Origin: a virus
Lineage: Duplodnaviria > Caudoviricetes
Strand: one strand, 5' to 3'
Virus record (IMG/VR): IMGVR_UViG_3300025715_000009
Span: 192,001-256,000 of that record
DNA: 64,000 nucleotides
Positions 35,505-42,902 of the stretch are shown here, one piece after another (the first letter of the stretch is position 1; the number at the start of each line of letters is the position of its first letter). Made by a program: the position numbers and the translations under genes. The notes under the pieces are model-generated. The model was not told where the DNA came from. It did no database searches and was given only the letters and a program-made list of their open reading frames with translations.

Positions 35505-35777
35505 TTATTTTATAAGTTGTAGTTTTTTCTTATCAAAATCCACATTCCAAGAATTTTCTGATGTAGTTATAATATTATTTTCTTTTTGCATTTTTTCAAA
35601 CCATGCATCATAATTAATTTGTGCATTGGTCAATTCTTGTATTAATTTTTCAAACACAAATTTGTTGTCTTGTGGTGTAAAATCTTTAATTAAAGATTTT
35701 ATTGCTAAAAGACCTGTATTTAGCATTCTTATTTCTTGTGCTTGTTGTTCAGATAAATCGATTTCTTTTATTATCAT
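35505..35777 (-). CDS. CXXX-repeat modification system accessory protein
   Basis: About 90 aa, helical, ending YDAWFEKMQKENNI...WNVDF, adjacent to the maturase. Confidence 0.75.
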   Translation of the reverse strand: MIIKEIDLSEQQAQEIRMLNTGLLAIKSLIKDFTPQDNKFVFEKLIQELTNAQINYDAWFEKMQKENNIITTSENSWNVDFDKKKLQLIK

Positions 35778-35805
35778 ATTTACTCCTTTATATAAAGTAT
35801 GCTTT

Positions 35806-36960
35806 TTATAAACTATTATCTAGTTCATTATATTTTTTCCAATAAATTTCTGCCCATTTTGATTGAATTTTATGAATTTCACAAATATTAGTTTGACGAT
35901 AAAACTTTCCACATTCAGCATAAGCTGATCCTATACACCATGCACAATTAGACTCAACGGGGCATGATATGCATTCTGGTTTACTTATATTGGCCCTTGT
36001 TTGATCTCTAATAAGTTTAAATCTATCTTTATGATAAAATCCATTAAAAACATCACCAACATAAAAATCTAATTCTTTTGAAGACATAGTATGTGGCATA
36101 AATCTAAAACATGGATATATTTTACCATTTATACTAAGTGCTGGCATTGCACCAGAACCACACCATCCTTTATCTGGTTCTTGCATAGGTTTACCTACGC
36201 CAAATTCTTTACTTATAATTGACCAATATAAATCATTTTTGTGTTGTAAAACAAAATCAACACATTTTTCCATTTGTTCATCTAAAATACTTAAATCTTT
36301 TTCTTCTAAGTATAATGGTTCAAAAATAAAGTTTTGATTTATATTGCGCAATCCTAAGTCCAAATGCATAAATTTTAAAGAATCATATAAATATGGAATG
36401 CTTTCTTTATTAAGAGTAGATTTAGTTGTTGCATTTTCCAATCCAACATATTGTATATACCAATCCCAATATTTTAAAATATCATCCATGCTATTACTTC
36501 TATTTAGATTATGTATTGTTGGGCTTCCATCTACAGATATTCCAAGAGAAATATTTCCTTTAAATTCTTCTAAAAAATCTCTTACATTCGGGTCACCAAA
36601 TAAAGTTCCATTTGTAGAAATAGAACTTCTCCATCGTGTAGCCCATCTATGATTTTTTATTGTAGATGCAAAAATAAAATATCTTAATATGTCTCTTGTT
36701 AAAATTGGGCGCATTAATGCATCACCACCAATGAAATCTAAAATCAAACCTTGTTTCATTATCCATGCTTCTGATGTTCCCATAACTCCAATTGGATCTG
36801 GATCATCTAAAATAAGATCAATAAATTTTTTTGCATATTCTAAAGGTAAATCACCTGGTTTTTTATTTAATTCATAACAATATTTACATCGTAAATTACA
36901 ATCTTCTGTAACATTAAAAGTAATATTAAATCCAGCATATTGTGGTTGTGGTTCAATCAT
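35806..36960 (-). CDS. Radical SAM/SPASM peptide maturase, CXXX-repeat target type
   Basis: ITFNVTEDCNLRCKYCY, LDFIGG, STNGT, ISVDG, SPASM Cys CGSG...YPCFRF...CISC...C..C...C; start moved from 36996 to ATG 36960 (RBS GAGG). Confidence 0.9.
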   Translation of the reverse strand: MIEPQPQYAGFNITFNVTEDCNLRCKYCYELNKKPGDLPLEYAKKFIDLILDDPDPIGVMGTSEAWIMKQGLILDFIGGDALMRPILTRDILRYFIFASTIKNHRWATRWRSSISTNGTLFGDPNVRDFLEEFKGNISLGISVDGSPTIHNLNRSNSMDDILKYWDWYIQYVGLENATTKSTLNKESIPYLYDSLKFMHLDLGLRNINQNFIFEPLYLEEKDLSILDEQMEKCVDFVLQHKNDLYWSIISKEFGVGKPMQEPDKGWCGSGAMPALSINGKIYPCFRFMPHTMSSKELDFYVGDVFNGFYHKDRFKLIRDQTRANISKPECISCPVESNCAWCIGSAYAECGKFYRQTNICEIHKIQSKWAEIYWKKYNELDNSL

Positions 36961-37240
36961 TTTTACCTCTATGCACAATAAGAGCTGAGTTTTCAAAATC
37001 TAATGAGATGTTTCTTTCTGATATATTGTATTTTTCTATAATCATATTCCACCACTTTTGTTCAAGCCATAAACTTTCACCTCTTGCAGTTATAACTGAA
37101 TTTACGTATTTATTCATTGTTTCTTGATCAATATTAAGTGGAATAGTTTTGATCATCTGTCTAGTTGTTTCTAATTTGTTTAATATAATGTTCATAGAAT
37201 CAATTTCTTCTTTTTCTATTTGTATTGAAGTGATCATCAT
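36953..37240 (-). CDS. Second CXXX-system accessory protein (paralogue of 35505-35777)
   Basis: EQKWWNMIIEKYNI...ISLDF; AAGGAG RBS. Confidence 0.7.
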   Translation of the reverse strand: MMITSIQIEKEEIDSMNIILNKLETTRQMIKTIPLNIDQETMNKYVNSVITARGESLWLEQKWWNMIIEKYNISERNISLDFENSALIVHRGKND

Positions 37241-37248
37241 TTTCTCCT

Positions 37249-38202
37249 TTAGTATTTAAAATATCCAAGACATGGTTTTTCACACTCTTTTTCATATTTA
37301 CATTTAGAACAAATTTCTGGAATTGGTATATTGTTTTTTATTATTTGAGCTTTATTAGATAAAGCATTTTCTATTTCTGATAATGTTTTATATTGATTTT
37401 GTTTTATAGTAATTTTAGAATTGGAATAACAATATATCACTTCTCCGCTTGGAAGAAAATCAGTTGGTATAAATGTATGGCCACAAATTTTATCTTGTTT
37501 ATTGTATTGTTTAACAAACAAATACTGATCTTTAGTACTATACATGCATTTATATAATATATTATCTACACCAACATTTAATCCTAATTTTAGGATAAAA
37601 GAAATTAATTTAATCATATTTTCACCAATTATTGTATTTCCCAAAAAGTTTATATTTTTCTGTTCATCATTAGATGGACATGCAGTGCTTATTCTAATTG
37701 TTGATATATTGGGAACTTGTTTATGTAAAAAATCTATATATTTTATATATTCCTCCACATTAAAATCAATTGGGAATGTAATCCTTACAGGCATAAAATC
37801 ACAACCAAATGGTTGTTTTTTATTTAAGACAGCATAGATATCATTATAATTCTTTTTAAAAATAAAAATTCTATCTAAAACATCTAATTCACTAGCATTT
37901 ATTAAAAATGCCAATGAATTATTTTGTATATATTTTATTAACAAATTTTTTACGTTTTCTGAAAAAAGAAAATTTGTTATAAGAAATGGATCATTTTCTT
38001 TTTTTAAAGAATTTAAAATTATATCAAAATTTGGATGAAGTGTGGGTTCACCACCCATGATAGGTGCTATTGGATCTTTTATTAAAATATCATTAAATGT
38101 TTCTATATCCATATGTTGTTTTATTTCTAGATTTCTAGTTATTTTAGCAAAACAAAAAGAGCAATTTTTGTTACATGCGTTAGTTAATACAATATGAGAC
38201 AT
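37249..38202 (-). CDS. Radical SAM protein with SPASM/Twitch-like C-terminus
   Basis: LTNACNKNCSFCF, GGEPTLHP, TN, C-terminal CGH...YCY...CSKC...CEKPCLG. Confidence 0.88.
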   Translation of the reverse strand: MSHIVLTNACNKNCSFCFAKITRNLEIKQHMDIETFNDILIKDPIAPIMGGEPTLHPNFDIILNSLKKENDPFLITNFLFSENVKNLLIKYIQNNSLAFLINASELDVLDRIFIFKKNYNDIYAVLNKKQPFGCDFMPVRITFPIDFNVEEYIKYIDFLHKQVPNISTIRISTACPSNDEQKNINFLGNTIIGENMIKLISFILKLGLNVGVDNILYKCMYSTKDQYLFVKQYNKQDKICGHTFIPTDFLPSGEVIYCYSNSKITIKQNQYKTLSEIENALSNKAQIIKNNIPIPEICSKCKYEKECEKPCLGYFKY

Positions 38203-38210
38203 TATTTACC

Positions 38211-38771
38211 TTAGTTTAATAATATATATGCAGAATGATTACCATTTTTTCTTTTATGTAAAATAAATCTTTTAGAATTATTTTCTTTTAATCTATTGAC
38301 CAAATTATCATATAATTTTATTTTATTCTGTTTATTAAAATAATAATATATATGTTCAAGATTCATATCAAAATTTTCAGGACAATCACACCAATAGAAT
38401 ATACTTTCAACTTTATTTTCTAATGTCATTTTAGACATAACAATATAACTTGTCTGTTTTAAATCTTGATCCAATGGATATTCAGCTTCAAATTCATATT
38501 TTTCAATAGAAGAAAATGTTATATAATAACTTTCAAGAACATTGTTTATAAAAGCAACATAGCATCCATTTAAAAATACGTCAAGATTGAAAACAAAATC
38601 TTTAATAGATTGTGGAATTAAATTAAATTTAGATGAAAATAAAAAATATTCAGCATCTATTTTGCCAGTATTAATTTCTGTTTTTATAATATGATCTCTA
38701 GGTGGAGATAAAATATCTTCGCGCCAAACTAATTCGTTTTCATCTAAATTATAAACTAAATCATATGACAT
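38211..38771 (-). CDS. Hypothetical protein (paralogue of 38772-39290)
   Basis: YDLVYNL...YYFNKQNKIKLYDNLVNRL...AYILLN. Confidence 0.75.
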   Translation of the reverse strand: MSYDLVYNLDENELVWREDILSPPRDHIIKTEINTGKIDAEYFLFSSKFNLIPQSIKDFVFNLDVFLNGCYVAFINNVLESYYITFSSIEKYEFEAEYPLDQDLKQTSYIVMSKMTLENKVESIFYWCDCPENFDMNLEHIYYYFNKQNKIKLYDNLVNRLKENNSKRFILHKRKNGNHSAYILLN

Positions 38772-39290
38772 TTAATTAATTAAAATCCATGCAAAATATT
38801 CATCATTTGTTTTAGATAATAAATAAAAAATCATGTCTTTTGAATTTAGCAAATCAACTAAATTATTATATATTTGAATATTATTTTTTTTATTAAAATA
38901 ATCATATAACTCTGATGATTTATAATAACGATATAGTAATTCAGTTTTTTCTAAATCTGTTTTTGCAATTATTAAATCACTTAATTTAAATAATTCTGGA
39001 TCAATTTCAACATTAAAATTATAATTTTCTTTTGGATCAAAAACTAAATAATATTCTATATGAGAATTACCATCCATCATAATTATTGAAGAATTTTCAT
39101 GAAAATTGAATTTTTCTATGATAGAAAGATGATCTGATGTTATTAGAGATTTTTTATTATTATATTGATATCCATTATAAATTAATTCTTTTGAATTAGA
39201 ATCAATTATTTCAAAATTAGTATTATCATTTTTAAATAAAATTTCATATATAAAATTTTTTGTACCAAGATTATAACATAAATATTTCAT
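38772..39290 (-). CDS. Hypothetical protein (paralogue of 38211-38771)
   Basis: YLCYNL...DYFNKKNNIQIYNNLVDLL...AWILIN. Confidence 0.75.
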   Translation of the reverse strand: MKYLCYNLGTKNFIYEILFKNDNTNFEIIDSNSKELIYNGYQYNNKKSLITSDHLSIIEKFNFHENSSIIMMDGNSHIEYYLVFDPKENYNFNVEIDPELFKLSDLIIAKTDLEKTELLYRYYKSSELYDYFNKKNNIQIYNNLVDLLNSKDMIFYLLSKTNDEYFAWILIN

Positions 39291-39299
39291 ATTTTCCTC

Positions 39300-40229
39300 C
39301 TAAGCTCTTCCTGAAGCATCAGCACCTTGTCTAGCAGAATTAGCACATCCACTACTACATGATGAAAGACATGTAGCATTACAGCCACTAAGACATAAAT
39401 TATTACATACGGTGTTACAACTGGTTAAACAAGTATTGGAACATCCAATACCACATGTTCCAGTACAATTGATAGATGCACATGTTGATGTGCAACTGTT
39501 TGTACATGTTCCAACTGTACATGTATTTGCGCATGTTCCAACTGTGCAAACATCACCACATGTAGCAGAACAAGATAATCCACATGGTGAACATGACCAA
39601 CCAGATCCAGAAACGTATCCCTTACAACCATTAGAACAGCCACCACCACAACGCCCAGTACAATCAACTTTACAACCAGTTTGACAATTTACACCACAAT
39701 AGTTTTTACAACCATTTTGACAATTTCCAGTACATAAAGTACCACATACATTATCACATGCAGTAGAACAAGTTCCACTACACCCATTGCATCCATTTTT
39801 ACATGTAGCAGTACAATCAAAGGCACATGAGACACCACATGTTGATAAACAAACAGATGCACATGTTATTGAACAGCCAACACATTTTGCTCCATTAGCT
39901 GCATCATCAACAACTTGACGAACTTCTTCAAGGTGTTTATTTAGAATAAATGTTGGACTTGGAAATGTTGTATTTGTAAAGTTAAAATTTATTCCGGTGC
40001 TTCCGATAGCATTACTATAATCAACTAATCCATTGACACCATTTCTTAAATCTATTATTACTTGTGGACTTGCTTTTGATCCCTCGGTTGGCAATGTAGT
40101 CCACGAAACAGTTGATAAATCTCTTTTAGGTCTTTCAACGTTTATATGGTTCATTGTTTCTGTTAAATCAATATCATTAATTGGTTTTTCAAAAAGAGGT
40201 TTGTTTGAATAGGTTTTTTCATTAGACAT
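39300..40229 (-). CDS. Cys-x-x-x repeat protein (44 Cys), predicted radical SAM substrate
   Basis: About 115-aa Cys-free N-domain, then Cys at nearly every fourth residue; AGGAG RBS. Confidence 0.9.
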   Translation of the reverse strand: MSNEKTYSNKPLFEKPINDIDLTETMNHINVERPKRDLSTVSWTTLPTEGSKASPQVIIDLRNGVNGLVDYSNAIGSTGINFNFTNTTFPSPTFILNKHLEEVRQVVDDAANGAKCVGCSITCASVCLSTCGVSCAFDCTATCKNGCNGCSGTCSTACDNVCGTLCTGNCQNGCKNYCGVNCQTGCKVDCTGRCGGGCSNGCKGYVSGSGWSCSPCGLSCSATCGDVCTVGTCANTCTVGTCTNSCTSTCASINCTGTCGIGCSNTCLTSCNTVCNNLCLSGCNATCLSSCSSGCANSARQGADASGRA

Positions 40230-40240
40230 ATTAATTCTCC

Positions 40241-40293
40241 TAATTGAATCTAGTTATTATTATCTTAAGTATTTTAATAACTAGATTCAATTA
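40241..40293. promoter_or_regulatory. Perfect 19-bp inverted repeat with AAGATAA in its loop, abutting the RBS
   Basis: taattgaatctagttatta (40241-40259) and taataactagattcaatta (40275-40293); loop contains ttatctt at 40260-40266. Confidence 0.75.
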
Positions 40294-40319
40294 TTTGTTA
40301 AAATTATTATATATTATAA

Positions 40320-42605
40320 CTATGCCATTAATATCATTACCCATACTCTTGATGGGGTGGAATCTTCTTTTTTCTCCATAACTTTTGCGAATATTTTTCC
40401 TTGACCATCTTCACCGGCTCGCTTAACAGTAGCAAAACCTATTTTGCTTGATGTAATTAATAAATCACCAATTTTACAAGGCTCATCAATCCAAACTTTT
40501 ACTCTTCCAGATATTCCCACTGGGAGTTTATTCTCTTGATTTTCTGCACCAAGAGCATAACCAAATGTATCAGAATAAACACCAACCACCGCTGCATCTC
40601 CTCTATTAGAACAAGGAGCTACACCATATTCTGTTTGAACCAAAACCATACCAGGTTCTGCATCTAATGCTTTTGGCATAAATTCTGCCAAATCGTTCCA
40701 CACTGCATTATATACTCTTGTGGCATATAAATAGCCATCTAAATTTAATCTATCTGTTGCTGTAGGATCGGTTGTACCAGAATAAAATTCACCAGTTGTT
40801 TTAGAAGTAAATTTTCTCATTAGTTCTGCTGTACTACCAACTTTTCCAGCTTCCCATTTATCTGTTGTTTCATTCCACTTAAGCTGAGCATCATTATCAC
40901 CTTCAGTAGTTGTTTTTGCTCTTCTTACAGAGACCGTGGCATCACCATCTGCTCCTGGGTTTGCAAATTTAATTAAAACATCAGAATCAGATACTTGACT
41001 GTTTTGTGAATCAATATATACTGTTGTCCCACTTACAGTTAAATTACCAGGGATAGTAACATTACCATCACCAGAAATAGTTAATAAAGAAGAAGTAGAT
41101 GACCCATTATTTGCTGCAAATATAATTTGGTCCCCTGCATCTCTACCAATTTCATGTCTAACAATTGTATTTGATCCGCTTGTTTCACAAACAATTTGAG
41201 CAAAATCATCTACTTCTGCTAATGGTTTAAATAAAACTTCATTGGTATATATTCTGGCAAGTTCTTTGGTTGAAGATCCTATTTCCATGGAATCATTATT
41301 AAGAGGTATAATATTACCAGACATAATCATATTATTTTCAACAGAAATTTTTCCTGTTCCAGATGTGCTTAACACAATGTCTTGATTTGTAGTTGCTGTT
41401 ATAGAAGTATTTGTACTTGGAAGACTTGCTTGAACAATTTCACCATATGTTACCCCATCATTAGAAACTTTAAGTTTTCCACTGTCTACTTTTATAATAT
41501 GACTTGTTCCTAAATAAATTGTAGATTCATCAAAATGTCCAGTTTGTGCATAAACATTACCAAATTTGTGTGTTGCATCTCCTAAATCTACTTGCCCATT
41601 ATTTGCTGGAATTAAATCTTTTCCATTTTGAATAGCAGATACATTTTGTAAGTAATTAAAATCAACAACAGCATTTCCTGAAACATAATCTTCTACCCAT
41701 ATTTTTGATGCATATTGAGAAAGAGATGCTGATTTATAGACAAGTAATGTAACTCTATCGGTTGCCACCATACCAGTAGTATAACTGACATCTAATTCGA
41801 TTGTACTTGTATCAATAATTGTATAATCATCTCCAAGTGCTAATAAAAGACCATTATAATAAACAAACAAATCAGACCCATCTAATGAAAACTGTTCATC
41901 TGAAATAAATCTATATTTTGCTGGTGCAACAAGAGGGAAGCCAGATACATCACCTGCAAGTCTTAATGTTGTTACACCATCCCAAGAACCATCTACTGGA
42001 ATAATTTGATAATATGGATCTACTTTTGTAGCTATTCTTAATTGATCATTTGTTGAATCATAAAATAATCTACCAGCTAAAGAAGCAGCCCAAGTTATTC
42101 CTGTTCCTGAAACTGGAGTATCAAATGCTGTAAATCCTGTTAAATGATCATGTAGTCGATGTCTTGAACAATTTGGATTTATTATAACATTTTTATCAAA
42201 ACCAGTATTAGCATTTGTAATTCTTATATCACCACTTACCAAACTAATTGATAATGATGCTGGAAGAGCAGCATCCATAAGTGAAATAACTGTGTTATAA
42301 GATATTGGTTCACTTTGTCCTGTTGTATTAATAGAGTACTCTACCCCATTAACATCAAAATAATAAATAGTGGTTGGTTTTAATCCAGAATTGCCTGATC
42401 CATCTCCTATAGAAAGACCAAATTCTTGATAACCAGCAGCAAATGTATCAAAATCTTCTACTACTGTAACTGTACCTTTTGTAATCCATCCAGTTGGATC
42501 AGCAGCTGCATTTGCTATTTTTGATTGTTTAATTGCAGCATTAACTGCAATTTGTAAGTCACTTAAACTTTGACTTTGTATTTGTTCAGCTCGTAATTTG
42601 GGCAT
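40320..42605 (-). CDS. Tail fibre with C-terminal autoproteolytic intramolecular chaperone (Peptidase_G2-like)
   Basis: AVWNDLAEFM...PGMVL...VVGVYS...PVGISGRVKV...GDLLITS; internal modules shared with other fibres. Confidence 0.8.
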   Translation of the reverse strand: MPKLRAEQIQSQSLSDLQIAVNAAIKQSKIANAAADPTGWITKGTVTVVEDFDTFAAGYQEFGLSIGDGSGNSGLKPTTIYYFDVNGVEYSINTTGQSEPISYNTVISLMDAALPASLSISLVSGDIRITNANTGFDKNVIINPNCSRHRLHDHLTGFTAFDTPVSGTGITWAASLAGRLFYDSTNDQLRIATKVDPYYQIIPVDGSWDGVTTLRLAGDVSGFPLVAPAKYRFISDEQFSLDGSDLFVYYNGLLLALGDDYTIIDTSTIELDVSYTTGMVATDRVTLLVYKSASLSQYASKIWVEDYVSGNAVVDFNYLQNVSAIQNGKDLIPANNGQVDLGDATHKFGNVYAQTGHFDESTIYLGTSHIIKVDSGKLKVSNDGVTYGEIVQASLPSTNTSITATTNQDIVLSTSGTGKISVENNMIMSGNIIPLNNDSMEIGSSTKELARIYTNEVLFKPLAEVDDFAQIVCETSGSNTIVRHEIGRDAGDQIIFAANNGSSTSSLLTISGDGNVTIPGNLTVSGTTVYIDSQNSQVSDSDVLIKFANPGADGDATVSVRRAKTTTEGDNDAQLKWNETTDKWEAGKVGSTAELMRKFTSKTTGEFYSGTTDPTATDRLNLDGYLYATRVYNAVWNDLAEFMPKALDAEPGMVLVQTEYGVAPCSNRGDAAVVGVYSDTFGYALGAENQENKLPVGISGRVKVWIDEPCKIGDLLITSSKIGFATVKRAGEDGQGKIFAKVMEKKEDSTPSRVWVMILMA

Positions 42606-42632
42606 ATTAAACCCTCCATTTTTAGATTTAAT

Positions 42633-42639
42633 TTATCTT
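42633..42639 (-). promoter_or_regulatory. AAGATAA putative phage promoter motif
   Basis: Recurrent intergenic motif upstream of the RBS of 40320-42605. Confidence 0.5.
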
Positions 42640-42707
42640 TCAAGCATATTTTATAAAAGTTCATTATATGAAAACAAAATGTATATTTATATACAAATAA
42701 AGGATAT

Positions 42708-42860
42708 ATGGAAAAATATAAAACAATAAGAATGCGAGAAGCATTTTGGAAAGAGATTAGTCATTTATCTGTTGAGTTAGATAAAACAATGGGTGAGACT
42801 ATTAAATATCTTTATGATTATTATAAGACTAACGGTGGCAAAGGCATAATGAAAAAATAA
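42708..42860 (+). CDS. Putative ribbon-helix-helix DNA-binding protein (50 aa; absent from ORF track)
   Basis: MEKYKTIRMREAFWKEISHLSVELDKTMGETIKYLYDYYKTNGGKGIMKK; AAGGA RBS; fills the otherwise largest gap and ends at a hairpin. Confidence 0.7.
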   Translation: MEKYKTIRMREAFWKEISHLSVELDKTMGETIKYLYDYYKTNGGKGIMKK

Positions 42861-42883
42861 ATGGGGCTCGTTACGAGCCCCAT
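42852..42883 (-). terminator. Rho-independent terminator between convergent genes
   Basis: GC-rich 10-bp stem atggggctcg/cgagccccat; TTATTTTTT follows on the minus strand. Confidence 0.85.
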
Positions 42884-42902
42884 CTAATTAAGTTAATTTA
42901 AC

